Shown here piece by piece: positions 44,468-59,400 of a stretch of 64,000 bases of DNA. Source of the stretch: Bugula neritina (taxonomy: Eukaryota > Animalia > Bryozoa). Within the stretch, counting starts at the first letter, position 1. Each line of letters begins with the position of its first letter. Made by a program: the position numbers and the translations under genes. The DNA lies in the NCBI GenBank assembly GCA_964035545.1, contig OZ037765.1, positions 2,170,001 through 2,234,000 on the forward strand, in the 5' to 3' direction. The notes beneath the pieces were generated by a model that worked only from the letters and a program-made list of their open reading frames with translations, was not told the DNA's origin and searched no databases.

Positions 44468-47400
44468 TTATTTTGTGCAGACAACACAAGTCAGCTGTTT
44501 ATCTGCCTCATAAGGTGGACATTGCCCTGTGGTGCCGTGACCAGAACATTTAGTTCTTACGAAATAGAACAACGCTCCGCTGGCATCTGCCTCCATTCCT
44601 CTGAGGTGTTCTGGTTCAGCATCGACACACTCGTAGGTGGTAGGGTGAACATGGCTGTGGTGACTGGTCATCAAGTAGCCTGCAAACGAAGTTTCATATA
44701 TAATAATTCAAGGAATACCTATATAGTTTTATTGATTTGTTAATGTTTCAAGAATAATTGTATATGATTCTAAGTTTCTATAAAAGAAAATAGCAGAAGT
44801 TAACGCAATAAAAGTGTTTAGGTTTAGCTTTAAGTAAAAAGTTTTATTGAATTTTTCATATTTTGTACATTGTCACATGTAATTTTGCAAGTTAATTTTC
44901 ATCAATGGATCAAAATAAATGAATGAAATAAACAAAACATAATCAGCTATTTTCCATCAGCACTAGCCTGTTCCATCCAGTTATTTTATTGGGAATAAGT
45001 TCATTTAGTCTTGAGTGTTTCAAAAGATCACACATTTTGGGGTTTTTTTTCAGTTTGATAATTTTAGTGTTGAGAGATATTTTAAAAGATGTTATCAATA
45101 TTCTTAAACTCAAACAATTAATAAAATTATTAATTAAATTCACCTTCATATTCTTTAGTCCACTTAGCTGGACATTGCCGTTTTGCTGGAATCATTACAA
45201 CAGCAGATCTGGTTTTAGTGTAGCATCTGGCACATGGTACATTCTGATTTAAAGTTGAATCAGGAAAGATATCTAGATGTGTTCCAGTTTCATATTCAAC
45301 TCCACTTATCCAATCACCCAACCACTCTTTACCTCCAGTGTAGTATTTGTTGTACTGAGGGTCTTTAAGAGGTAGACATTGATAGTTGACTCCGCCCCCA
45401 GTGTGAGAGCGATGAGAACTTCCAGCAAATCCTGAAATCAGAGAGCATGTAAGCACTATGACTATGTCCTGAAGGCTCCCATATATTTAACATACAATAA
45501 TGTGTACATGCTTTACAATACCTTCATAAAGTGTGACTGAAACACTTTCACAAGTGTGTCTGCCCCATCTGATGTACACAGCTCCATTTTCGACCACAGA
45601 TGTAGTACCTGGAATTCCAGGAACACCACGTATTCCTTGGACACCGGTAGCCCCTTTAGCACCCTTTATACCATCATTGCCTTTAACCCCTTTAGCTCCA
45701 TCTGATCCCCTGTTTCCTTTAGTACCTGGTAAACCAGAAGGTCCTTTAGCTCCGACTAGTCCTCTGTTTCCTTTAGTACCTGGTAAACCAGTAGGTCCTG
45801 TAGCTCCATCAGTTCCTTGTTCACCAATAACCCCTTTTTCTCCCTTTGGACCTGGTGAACCGGGAACACCATGAGATCCAAAAACTCCTTTATCTCCCTT
45901 CTGTCCTGGAAATCCATCTCTTCCTGTAAAAATATTTTAATTGAGTATTTTATACTGTCTCTTACTAATCTGTTTACTGCCTTCTAGTTACCTGTTAGGC
46001 CAATGAAGTCACAATTTCGCTGTAAGCATTGAGTCACCAGAACAGCTGTATGCCCGTGGAATAAAATACAGATACAGTATGAACCCTGTCCTTAATACAT
46101 GACTCACCATCTCTACCATCTCTGCCATTTACACCATCTTTTCCATCTTTTCCAGAAACTCCTCTGACTCCTTGAAAGAAAAAGCAGTATGAATATTTAA
46201 TTACTATGATAGCTATTCGGAACTATAACTTAGTTTATACAAATTATAGTACTCTTTCTCTATTTCTTACCACTTAAGAGTTATCACCTACCAAAAATAC
46301 AAATCTGATTTAGTAATTTGGCCGTATCTTCATCAAAACTGACTTCTAAGTCATCTGCTTTAGGTAGCTGTCCATTGAGTAGCTGCAAGATAGTCAGTAA
46401 CGAGTACAAGACTCTATTTCTAAAGTAACAATTATATCTGCATATGATGAGAATTTCAAGTGCCTCAAATCCATGCTATACTATCTTGACTTGATGATTA
46501 TTGCATAGCACTATAAATAAAATATGACCCAATATTTTGCCAGACCTCAGCTATCACTACCAACTTACAAGCTCAGCAACTACTTTACGTGCAGACGGCA
46601 TTTTAAAAGATTAAGTTTATAGACAATAACAAGGAACTATAACAAGCCTTTCTACTAAATAACATATTTCTCAATTATTTGCCAGACATCAGCTACCGAA
46701 CACTGCCACTTCATAGGACTTTTCATAACTTCCAGTAAGACCAGCTATGCTACTTTAAGCACAAACAGCATTTTGTAAAGGTTTTAGGTTCGTAGACAAT
46801 AAAAAAGGGACAGCAAATCTTTCTATCCAAAAATAAACTCAGGAGTCTTGTAAGATTACAAAGAAGTATATAAGAGATCAAAAGTCAATACTGTGTTGGT
46901 ACAAACTTAGTAGGTAATAAAGATATTTATACTAGTTAGTTGAAGACTCAAAATAAATTATATTTATATTCTTTTATTAAATGACTAGTAAATGACCTTA
47001 AATTATAAGACTTGCAGTATTCCAAAACATATTAGTTATCAATTAACAATGATACCTTTCAGCTGTTGGTTCCACAGCATACAAGAGGAGAATTTTAAAC
47101 AACCACTACCTTGTTTTATAGAATAACTATTGATTTGTAAATGTAAGAAACTGATTTAACAATAAAACTCACAGCATGAAGTAGTGAGTTGATAGTGTGA
47201 CGTTGAGAGTGAATCAGATTTCTTAAATCTTCATTTACTTGACTTTGCTCTTCTATTTTGAGTTCTTGTTCTTTCATCTTGTCTTCCAGTGACTTCAGTC
47301 TGTCTTCAAGTTCCTGAGTTTCCTTCTGGTGTAATTCTAGACTCTCTAGTCTGTCTTCCAAACTCTGTGTTTTCCTCTGGAGTACTTCTGCATACTCTTT

Positions 47401-47752
47401 AAACTCTTCACTGGGCAGTACAGTGCCACATGCATAGCCAAGTAGGGTACAGAGTGCCAGCAAAACATGTGCTAAAATTTTAAAACATTACTGGTTATAG
47501 TTTTATGTATATTTTTTGTTGCTTTTTAGCCATCAAGACTGTAATTTATGTTTAAATTTGATAATGAACGTTTTCCAATATTACACCTGATGTAATATTC
47601 TAGTTAAATACTTATTATAGTTGTTATAAATAATAATAGTAATTAATAAGCCAGGCATAGCTTAGCATTCAGCAATAACAGAGCCACACATGTGACACAT
47701 TACAAACTATTAGTATCTTATCTTTACTAAACCTACCTGACTTCAAGTCCAT
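44468..47752 (-). CDS. Coiled-coil/short-chain collagen C4-like protein, copy 6
   Basis: Exons 47752-47737, 47471-47173, 46382-46292, 46170-46108, 45923-45522, 45431-45144, 44679-44468. 43 Gly-X-Y triplets including an internal 54-bp duplication. Confidence 0.9.
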
Positions 47753-49672
47753 GTTGCACCTCTGCTATGCAGTGTTATGATTAGAGATTCAATATTCATT
47801 TAAATTATTTGTTCAGGAAGCCAATCAGCTGCTGCAAAAGCACAAAAGCTAATGTTTCTATTTGCTATGGAGTGAATGAATGAATTTTTGTGTTTATAAA
47901 TTTCACGTTTACATCATATAAACCAAATCTCCCCTTTTAAATTGCAAGTGTTGGCAAATTTTCTAGCTATATTTACAATGTTTATTTTTTAGTTTTATCT
48001 CGGATAACATAATATATTCTCACTGATATTATAGCTATAGACTACATTCTACTATTCTCTAATGGTGTTGAATACAATTTTTCATACTGGGTTTTTGCTC
48101 ACTTTCCAGATAAATTGTATTGTTTTTAACAAGTTTAGTACTTTTTAATTGCGTGTAATCTTGCCATGGTTGCTTTGGTGTGGTCTGATGTAATAAGATC
48201 TCTTAAAAGATGAAGTTGTTTAATTTCTAGAACTAATAAAAGTAGCAGACACAGTGACTAAATCACAAAACTTAAACTTTATTTTAGCTGTAGTTGACTG
48301 ATTTATTTCACAGGAATATCATGAAACTTGAACTTTAAAAACCATCATATCCTTCCATTCACAATATAAAAATTATATAAAGTAGTTTGAATTGTAAATA
48401 AGTACAAACTTGTTCACCTATCAGTGAATGCGATGTACACGTCTTGACACTACTTAAAGCCTTTACAAGTCTTCACTGTATAAGAGTTGACTTGGTTGAA
48501 CTCTAGAAGGAAGTATGTTGGTATTTGATAAGTAAAGAGAAGAGATTGTATCTCTATATAGCTCTGTGCGTTTGTATATTATGTTTGACGCAACTACTAT
48601 TGCAAATACCATATCTGTGTCAATTGCCCATTTGAATTGTATAGCTTTTTTATTTTATTTATAAGCAATGCAATTAAATTAAATATCAGGTATTCCTTTT
48701 ATAGTCGCAACACATTCGATGCAGCAACACATCTACTTTGTGTGTATAAATGTGCTGCCGTTGAAGATATTTAGTTACTGAAAATGTTGCTATTAAATTC
48801 AACAACCTAAATATAGCATCTACTCTAAGTTAAAGATAATCATGATCTCACACTGAATAAAGACTTATCAAGTGCTTCTCCTAATTTTTTACAAAGTACT
48901 TAATGGTGAAGACAAATAGAAATGTTTTCAGAACTTCCATCATAAAACCTTTGCTCCCCCACCCCACTGGGATTAAAACCTGAGACCCCTGGCTTGCAAG
49001 AAGCATGCTAAGCATTAAACCACAGAGATTACTGCATAACCCCAACACTGAGTTCAAATTCCAGTGGGAGCAAATGTTTACAAGCTAGGTTGCTTTTAGG
49101 AAACTTGATTCATTCAAGTATATTTTATCAGCAACTATATGGAAATAGCACATCAGTAGACTTTACTGATTGAGAGGAGAAGCTGGAACTTGCTCTACAC
49201 AAGGTGAGTGAGTGTTTTTTGGTGGTTGAATAAAGTACAGCTACACACTGCAGAAGAACTAATATAAGTACACAGAAAAGGCGTGGTGAATTCTGAAAGA
49301 TAAACCAAATGTTTGTAAAAACAATAAAGCTTTATTGTTTATTACATTTTTAATAAGAAAGACCGAAGTTTGCACTTTTTAGAAATTATTCAATTTTAGC
49401 AACATTAGTGTGGTTAGTAATTCTATCACAGTATTTTAAGTTTTAATGATAGGCTCAGAAAGCAGTTGTTTAAAGTATTACCTTTAGCAAAATTTCAGAT
49501 TGTTTAAAAATAGAAAGTCTGAATAAAACTGGAGGTTGATAGGTTTATCTAGTGAGTATTCCAATACTAGCTTGAGTGAGTACGCCTTCAGCTATTTAGT
49601 GCAGACGATAAAAGTTGGGGTTGATAGGGTAACCTATGAGTAAACTCATCAAAAGAGTTTCCTTTAGCAAAG

Positions 49673-52584
49673 TTATTTTGTGCAGACAACACAAGTCAGC
49701 GGTTTATTTGCCTCATAAGGTGGACATTGCCCTGTGGTGCCAGATCCAGAACACCTGGTTCTTACAAAAAAGAACAAAGCTCCGTGAGTATCTGCCTCCA
49801 TTCCTCTGAGGTGTTCTGGTTCAGCATCCACACACTCGTAGGTGGTAGGGTGAGGATGGCCGTGGTATTGCGTCATCAAATAGCCTGCAAACAAAGTTTC
49901 ATATATAATAAATCAAGGAATACCTCTATAGTTTTATTGAGATGTTAATATTTCAAGAATAACTGTATGATTCTAAGTAATTTCTATAACAGAAAATATA
50001 GCAGAAGTTAACGCAATTAAAGTGTTTAGGTTTAGCTTTTAGTAAAAAGTTTTATTGATTTTTTTATTTTTTGTACATTGTCACATGCAATTTTGCAAAA
50101 TAATTTTCATCAATGGGTCAAAACAAATGAATTAAATAAACAAAACATAACCAGCTAGTTTCCATCAGCAATAGCCTATTTTTTTTATTGAGAATAAGTT
50201 CATTTAGTCTTGAGTGTTTCAAAATATCACACATTTTGGGTTTTTTTCAGTTTAATAATTTTAGTATTTACAGATATTTTAAAAGATGTTATCAATATTC
50301 TTAAACTCTAACTTTTAACAACATCATTATTTAAATTTACCTTCATATTCTTTAGTCCATTTAGCTGGACATTGCCTTTTAGCTGGAATCATAACAACAG
50401 CAGATCTGGTTTTAGTGTAGCATCTGGCGCATGGCGCATTCTGATTTAAAGTTGAATCAGGAAAGATATCTAGATTTGTTCCAGTTTCATATTCAACTCC
50501 ACTTATCCAATCACTCCACCAGCCGGTACCTCCACTGTAGTATTTGTTGTACTGGGGGTCTTTAAGAGGTAGACATTGATAGTTGACTCCACCCCCAGTG
50601 TGAGTGTGAGAAGAACCTCCAGCAAATCCTGAAATAAAAGAACATGTAAACACTATCACTCTGTCCTAAAGGTTCCCATATATTTAACATACAATAATGT
50701 GTACATGCTTTACAATACCTTCATAAAGTGTGACTGAAACACTTTCACAAGTATGTCTTCCCCATCTGGTGTACACAGCTCCACTTTCAACCACGGATGT
50801 AGTGCCTGGAAGTCCGGGGATACCACGTATTCCTTGGGTACCAGAAGCCCCTTTTTCTCCTTTAGCACCTGGTAAACCAGGAACACCGTAAGATCCAGGT
50901 GCCCCTTTATCTCCCTTCTGTCCTGGAAATCCATCTCTTCCTGTAAAGAGATTCCAATTGAGTCTTCTTTCTACTGTTTCCTATAAGTAGCCTGCTTTGC
51001 CAATAAAGTCACAAAGAGTTTCACTGTAAGAATTAAGTTATTAGAGCAGATATCTGCCTTGGGAATAAAATACAGATACTGTATCAGCTCTGTCCTTAAT
51101 ATATGACTCACCATCTCTACCATCTCTGCCATTTACACCATCTTTTCCAGAAACTCCTCTGACTCCTTGAAATAAAAGGGATATAAAATCTTATTATTGC
51201 TAACTATTCAGAACTGATTTAGTTTATATGGAATTCCTTTTCCAAGAATTATCACCTACCAAAAATACAAATCTGATTTAGTAATTTGGCCGTATCTTCA
51301 TCATAACTGACTTCTAAGTCGTCTGCTTCAGGTAGTTGTCCATTGAGTAGCTGCAAGATAGTCAGTAACAAGTATAAGACTCCATTTCTAAAGTAACAAT
51401 TATATCTGCATGTGCTGAAGAATTTCAAGTGCCTCAAGTCCATGCTACTATCTCGACTTGAAGAATATAGCATAGCACTAAATAAAAAAGGCTGTTAAGT
51501 ACATGACTTGGAGATTGTTAAATAACACGAATAAAGGATAAATCAATGTTTTCCTAACGTTAGCTTTGACTTTAGGAAGGACTAGCTACTAATTTAGGCA
51601 CAACAACCATTCTGTAAGATTAGTTTATTTGGCAATACAAAAGCTTTATAACAATCATTGCAATTTTCACAAATCACAAGTTATAGAGACCCAAGATTCT
51701 GTCCAGATTACCAGGAGGTATAGGTCAAAGGTCAATACTGTTTTAGTGCATACTTAATAGGTTATAAAAAATATTTATACTAGAAAGTTGAAAATTGAAA
51801 AAATAAAGTGTCCTTATATCCCTTTGTTAAGTAACGACCTCAGTTAATGACCTAAAATTATGATACTATAGAATAATTTTCAGCTGTTGGTTCCACAGAA
51901 TACAAAGTGAGGATTTTAAGCAGACACTACCCTGTTTTATAAAATAACAATTAATTTGTAAACGCAAGAAGCTGATTTAACAATAAAACTCACAGCATGA
52001 AGTAGTGAGTTGATAGTGTGACGTTGAGAGTGAATCAGATTTCTTAAATCTTCATTTACTTGACTTTGCTCTTTCATTTTGAGTTCTTGTTCTTTCATCT
52101 TGTCTTCCAGTGACTTCAGTCTGTTTTCAAGTTCCTGTGTTTCCTTCTGGTGTAACTCTAGACTCTCTAATCTGTCTTCCAAACTCTGTATTTTACTCTG
52201 GAGTACTTCTACATACTCTTTAAACTCTTCACTGGGCAGTACAGTGCCCGATGCATGGCCAAGTAGGGTACAGAGTGCCAGCAAAACATGTACTAAAATT
52301 TCAAAACATTACAGCTTAGTTTTGAGAATATTTCGTAGTACTTTTAGCCATCAAGGCTGTAATTTATGTTTCAAATTTGTTAATGGATATTTTTCAATAT
52401 TGCACCTGATATATCATAATTCAACCTTATTCTAGTTAAATACTCCTTTTAGTTGTTATAAATAATAATAGTAATTAATAAGCCAGGCATAGCTTAGCAT
52501 TCAGCAATAACAGAGCCACACATGTGACACATTACAAACTATCAGTATCTTATCTTCACTAAACCTACCTGACTTCAAGTCCAT
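49673..52584 (-). CDS. Coiled-coil/short-chain collagen C4-like protein, copy 7
   Basis: Exons 52584-52569, 52292-51994, 51350-51260, 51165-51112, 50940-50719, 50628-50341, 49884-49673. 22 Gly-X-Y triplets. Confidence 0.9.
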
Positions 52585-54019
52585 CTTCACCTCTGCTATG
52601 CAGTGTTATGATTAGAGATTCAGAATTTATTTAAATTATTTGTTCAAGAAGCCAATCAGGTGCTGCAAATCACAAAAGCTACTTTCCTTAATTTGCTATA
52701 TTGAGTGAATGAATGAATTCGGGTGATTAGCTTTTACAATTAAATGATAAACTAAAACTTGATTATTTTATTTTATGTGCTGACAAACCTTTTCTTTATT
52801 TGCAATACTTGTATATTTAGTTCTATCTTTGACTATTTATTCCAACTTATTGAGCTATATATTACTTTCTACTATAATATATAGCTAGTTCAGTCATCAG
52901 GTTTATCCATCATGTATTAGAAAACTAATTCAATTTCTATTTCAAATCATGAGAAATTTTTCCTTACAGCAAGTTTCTAAAATTATTTGTCAATTATTTT
53001 AGATACAATTATTTGGATTTTGTTTTTTCTTATTTTCCACAACAAGTTTTTTGTTTTCTTTTTACAGGTTCAAGTTATATTAATGTACTTTTGAGAAGCT
53101 TTCAGTTTTGCCATTGCTTATTATCTTAACCAAACACGAACTTGTTTATGTCAGTGAGTATTCCAATGTTTTGTAATTGTTATTGTAATTGTTTGTGAAT
53201 AAACAGATATTGAGATAAGGAAGTTTGGATTAGCTTCAAGTGGTAAGTAATCTTTAATCGGGTCTCAAACCATAAGCCAGATAATGTACTACAAATACAC
53301 AATAAAGTAATATTAGTATAAGTAATGCTTAGGCACAAAAAGATTATATAACCAGAGTACAGTAATTACTATAACGTATGCTACAGAGTATACACATAAT
53401 ACAAATTATTATAATAACATTGTAACAATAAAATGATGATGGGAAGCCAAACATATCAGCGTGTTGGGTTATAACAGTTATAGGTTGACATGATAAAAAA
53501 TAATAAACATTTGAAGATTACTTAATGAAAATAATCAGTGTGAAATCAATTAATAAAAAAATCATCAGTCAGAGTAAGCTAATTAAAACTCACAGACATG
53601 GTGCAAATGTTTTGAAAAGCAAATATTTATTGTATTACATTTAGTGCATGTATAAGAATGACATTAGCTTGCAGTTTCAGCTCATTTAACTTTTACAACA
53701 ATAGGGTGGTTAGTAAAAAGATATACTTTTTAGATATTTGAATGTTAAACTCAACAAGCATTTGTTTTAATTTAACAACATTTCAGATTGTTTAAAGATG
53801 AAAAGTCCGAGCAAAACTGAAGAAAAGTGGTTAATGGGTTATTCTATTAAAAAATTCATTTCACAAAGTTGTTTAATATATAGTCTACAACATGAGTCAG
53901 CTGTTTCTTGACCTCAAATGTCTTATATTGGCATGACAAAGTGCAGAAACTCGTCATTTTATAGGTTGAATTAAAAAACCATTTTGTTAGTATTGAGCAT
54001 TGCAGTCAGAGAACTTCAG

Positions 54020-56717
54020 CTACTTTGTGCAGACGACACATGTCAGCTGTTTGTTGGAATCATATGGTGGACATTGCCCGGTGGTGCCATACCCGTAGCA
54101 GTCAGCTCTTATAAAATAAAGCAAAGCTCCGTCAGCATTTTTTTCCATTCCCCTGATGTATTCTGGCTCAGCATCCACACACTCGTAGGTGGTAGGGTGA
54201 GCGTTGTTGTTGTGACCGGCCATCAAGTAGCCTATACAAGCAGAGATTTCATTTCAGTTTGTTCCTTTAGTAAAAATTTTGTGAAAATATCTCGCTTCAT
54301 TGATAAGATCATTAAATGTTTCTATCAAAGAAAATAGCAACTGTTGAAGCAATAAAAATGTTCAAGTCTTATTCCTTTCAGTGAATACGTTAATAATTTG
54401 TTATTTCTTTGACATTAATGTGGCATTGAGCTTTTCAAATCATTTCTATTTATGCTTCAAGGATTTTTTTTAATAAACTTCATCGTTTATATTGAAATCA
54501 CTTATTGAATGTACCTTCATATTCTTTAGTCCATTTAGCTGGACATTGCCTTTTAGCTGGAATCATTACAACAGCAGATCTGGTTTTAGTGTAGCATCTG
54601 GCACATGGTAAGTTCTGATCTTTGGCTGCATCAGGAAATATACCTGTATGCAACTCAAATTCATATTCAACTCCATGTATCCAGCCACCTGACCAGGTTT
54701 GGCCTCCAGTGTAGTATTTGTTGTACTGGGGGGTCTTTAAGAGGTAGACATTGATAGTTGACTCCACCCCCAGTGTTAGAGAAATAAGAACCTCCAGCAA
54801 ATCCTGAAATCAGAGAACATGGTAACACTATCACTCTGTCCTAAAGGTTCCCATATATTTAACATACAATAAAGTGTTCATGCCTTACAATACCTTCATA
54901 AAGTGTGACTGAAACACTTTCACAAGTGTGTCTGCCCCATCTTGTGTACACAGCTCCACTTTCAACCACAGATGTAGCACCTGGAAGTCCGGGAACACCA
55001 CGTATTCCTTGGACACCAGAAGCCCCTTTAGTACCTTTTATACCATCATTGCCTTTAGCTCCTTTAGCTCCATCTGCTCCCCTGTTTCCTTTAGCACCTG
55101 GTGAACCAGGCAAACCTTGAGATCCAAGTGCTCCTTTATCTCCCTTCTGTCCTGGAAATCCATCTCTTCCTGTAGAAAGACTTTACTTGAGTATTTTATA
55201 CTGTCTTTTAGTTAATTGTTTGCTGTCTCCTAGTTAGATGTTTACTGACTTCCAGTTATCTGTTTTGCCAACAAAGTCACTGCGCAGTTTATTGTAAGCA
55301 TTGAGTTACCAGAGCATATGTATGCTTGTGAAATAAAATACAGATACTGTATCAAATCTGTCGGTAATACATGACTCACCATCTCTACCATCTCTGCCAT
55401 TTACACCATCTTTTCCATCTTCTCCATCTTTTCCAGAAACTCCTCTGACTCCTTCAAATAACAGGAATGTAAAATTTTGTTATTGCTAACTATTCGGAAC
55501 TGACTTAGTTTAAATGGAGCTCTTTCTCTATTTCTTACCACCTAATAGTTATCACCTACCAAAAATACAAATCTGATTTAGTAATTTGGCCGTATCCTCA
55601 TCATAACTGACTTCTAAGTCATCTGCTTCAAGTAGTTGTCCATTAAGTAGCTGCAAGATAGTCAGTAACAAGTAAAGACTCTATTTTTAGAGTAACAATT
55701 ATATCTGTATGTGATGGAGAATTTCAAGTGCCTCAAGTCCATGCTACTAACATGACTTTATGCACAAATGTCATTTTGTAAAATTTATAGGTTCTTAGAC
55801 AATAATAAGTGGACTGCAAATCTTTCTATCAAAAACGAACCCATGCAGGATTCTTTTGAGGTTACCAGGAGGTAGAGATCAAAGGTCAACTTAGTAATGA
55901 AACATATTTATACTGATTAGTTGAAAATTAAAAACAAATTATCTTTATATTTCCTTATAATAAATGACTAGTGAGGGACTTGCAGTATTCCAAGACATAT
56001 TAGTTATATCAAACAATAATACTTTTTATCTGTTGGTTTCACAACATAAAAACGGAGAATCTTAAACAACCACTACCCTGTTTTATAGAATGACTATTAA
56101 TTTGGTTTAAATGTAAGAAATATATTTAATGATAAAACTCACAGCATGAAGTAGTGAGTTGATAGTGTGACGTTGAGAGTGAATCAGATTTCTTAAAACT
56201 TCATTTACTTGACTTTGCTCTTTCATTTTGAGTTCTTGTTCTTTCATCTTGTCTTCCAGTGACTTCAGTCTGTCTTCAAGTTCCTGAGTTTCCTTCTGTT
56301 GTAACTCTAGACTCTGTAGTCTGTCTTCCAAACTCTGTATTTTACTCTGGAGTACTTCTGCATACTCTTTAAACTCTTCACTGGGTAGCACAGTGCCAGA
56401 TGCATAGCCAAGTAGGGTACATAGTGCCAGCAAAACATGTACTAAAATTTCAAAACATCACTGCCTAGTTTTGAGAATATTTCGTAGTACTTTTAGCCAT
56501 CAAAGCAGTAATTTATGTTTAAACTTGATAATGAATATTTTCCAATATTGCACCTGAAGTAATATTCTAGTTAAATACTCTTTAGTTGTTATAAAAAATA
56601 ATAGTAATTAATAAGCCAGACATAGCTTAGCATTCAGCAATAACAGAGCCACACATGTGACACATTACAAACTATCAGTATCTTATCTTCACTAAACCTA
56701 CCTGACTTCAAGTCCAT
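54020..56717 (-). pseudogene. Coiled-coil/short-chain collagen C4-like gene, copy 8 (+1 frameshift in head exon; pseudogene or homopolymer error)
   Basis: Exons 56717-56702, 56441-56143, 55650-55560, 55451-55380, 55169-54894, 54803-54515 (289 nt), 54231-54020. G6 run at 54728-54733 where siblings have five bases. Confidence 0.75.
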
Positions 56718-58197
56718 CTTCACCTTTGCTATGCAGTGTTATGATTAGAGATTCAGAATTTATTTAACTTATTTGTTCAAGGAGCCAATCAGGGGCTTCC
56801 AATCACAAAAGCCAATTTCACTTTACTATTGAGTGAATGAATGTATTTTTGTGGTTATAAATTTTACATTTGCATCATAAATCAAATCTCCCCTATTGAA
56901 TTGCAAATTTTTGCAAACTTTCTAGCTATTTACAACATGTATTTTTTAGTTTTATGTCTGATAACATGTATTCTCACTGATTATATAGCTATAGACTACA
57001 TTCTACTATTCTCTAATGATGTTGAATACAATTTTTCATTCTGGGTTTTTGCTCACTTTTCACAAATGTTTATTGTTTTTAAATTGTTTGTAATCTTGCC
57101 GCTGTTGCTTTGGTGTGGTCTGATATAATAAGATTCCTTAAAGCATTGAGTTTTGTAACTTCTAAAACTAATAAAAGTAGCAGACACAGTGACTGAATTA
57201 CAAAACTTATTAAACTACATTTTACACTACATTTTAGCTGTAATTGACTAATTTATTTTACAGGAATATAATGGAATTTGTAATTTTAAAGCTATCATAT
57301 CCTTCCATTAACAATAAGAAGATTATATAATTAACGAATTCAAGTCATAAGTAAGTACAAACTTTTCACCTATCATTGAATGTGATGTACACGTCTCGAC
57401 ACCACATAAAGCCTTTACAAGTCTTCACTGTAAGAGTTGACTTGGTTGAACTCTAGAAGGAAGTATGTTGGTATTTGATAAGTAAAGAGAAGAGATTGTA
57501 TCTCTATACAGCTTTCTGTGTTTGTATAATATGTTTGATGTAACTACCATATTGTAAATACTATGTCTATGTCAATTGTCTATTTGAATTGCATAGTTTT
57601 TTCTTTATATTATTTATTAGCAATGCAATTAAATTAAATATCAGGTATTCCTTTTATAGTTGCAACATAGTCAATGTAGCAACACATCTACTTTGTGTGT
57701 ATAAATGTGCTGCTGTTAAAGATATTTAGTTACTGAAAATGTTGCTATTAAATTTAACAACCTAAATATAGCATCTACTCCAAGTTGCAGATAATCATGT
57801 GCTGCTCTTTAAATTCTTTAGCTGCTGAGAAGGTTGCTATATAAATCCTAACTATATAGTATCTCCCCTTAAGGATAATCATATCACATTGAATAAAGAC
57901 TTGAGTGTTTCTGCTTTCTTTCATGCTTGACTTTTTATTTAATTATGAATAGAAACTTTGTGCTTCTATAAGTTTTCAGGTTTTTGAGGCCGACTATAGA
58001 AATGTTCGCAGAACTTACATTATATAACTTTTACACACACTGAAATCTGAACTCGAAACCTTCAGCTTACAAGCAGGCGCACTAGCCTCTATACAACACA
58101 GGGCTATCGGGTAATCTCAGCATTACACCCCCCCCCCCTTTTTTCCCCACTGCACTTGTCTATCTACTACTCTTTCCTGGCTTCTTAACTCCTTTGG

Positions 58198-58478
58198 AGT
58201 ACTACTACTACTGCTGCTGCTACTACAACTGCTGCTACTACTACTACTACTACTGCTACTACTGCCACTACTACTGCTGCTGCTGCTACTACAACTGCTG
58301 CTACTACTACTACTACTACTGCTACTACTGCTACTACTGCCACTACTACTGCTGCTGCTGCTACTACTGCTACTACTGCTACTACTGCTACTACTGCCAC
58401 TGCTACTGCTGCTGCTGCTACTGCTGCTACTGCTGCATGCTGATTTCGCTGCATGCCGCTGCTGCTGCTGCTACTACA
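58198..58478. repeat. Compound (CTA/CTG)n trinucleotide microsatellite flanked by poly-C tracts
   Basis: Direct reading; poly-C at ~58127-58138 and ~58515-58529. Confidence 0.95.
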
Positions 58479-59400
58479 CTTCACTAATGACAGAAATGGC
58501 TCATAAAACTGCTGCCCCCCCCCCCCCCCATTAACTTGAGATCTGTAGTTTGTATAAGCAACTATTACGTCACGGAGGCTATTGCAGTGGGTAACCTCAA
58601 TATTACATACATGAATTTTTTCAAAATACTCTTCAAATATCAATATGGAAAATTAGTTTAAGTCACATGCCTGGAAAGCATATTGTCGTTGAACAAAACA
58701 TTTTACAACACCATTATTTGTAAGAGTTTCTGTGTTATCCTCAATTTAGCTGGATGTCCAGGACCATACCTAAATAGTTACTACTTTACTAATAGTCAGT
58801 GTAAAACCAACCAATTAAAAACAACTTATTTCAGATGTTATCATTCATAATAAACTAATAAAAAGGCAGACATGACATGGATATTTTAAAAGATAAGACA
58901 TATTAGTGTAAATAATAAACTTTTATTTATTACATGTACTATATAAGAATGACATAAGTTTGTGCTTTTAGCCTAATTAACTTTGATATTAGAGTGGTTA
59001 GTAAGTTTATTACCAAAAAGATATACTCTTTTAAAAAAAATTAATTATCAAGCCCATAAAGCATTTGTTTTAATTTAACAACAGTTCAGATTGTTTAAAG
59101 ATGAAAAGTCTGAGCAAAACTGAAGAAAAGTGGTTAATGGGTTATTCTATTGAAAACTTATTTAACAAAGTTATTTAGTACAAATAACATGGTTCAGTTG
59201 TTTCCTATAGCCTCACTTGTTTAATTATAAAAATTCAGAAATTTGCCTTATTAGGTTAAAATCAATAACATGGTTGTTAGTGAGTATTTCAATACTAGCT
59301 TGAGTGAGAACGCCTTCAGCTATTTAGTGCAGACGACAAAAGTGGGGGTTGATAGGCTAACCTATAAGTAAACACATCAATAGAGTTTCCTTTAGCAAAG

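Noticed and set aside
31355-55120. Pro-rich plus-strand ORFs (APGSPGTP...) opposite collagen exons
   Set aside because: Antisense shadows of Gly-X-Y codons, recurring only because the genes are duplicated.
58185-58643. Val/Ala-rich and Cys/Tyr-rich ORFs
   Set aside because: Translations of the (CTA/CTG)n microsatellite; no splice or domain support.
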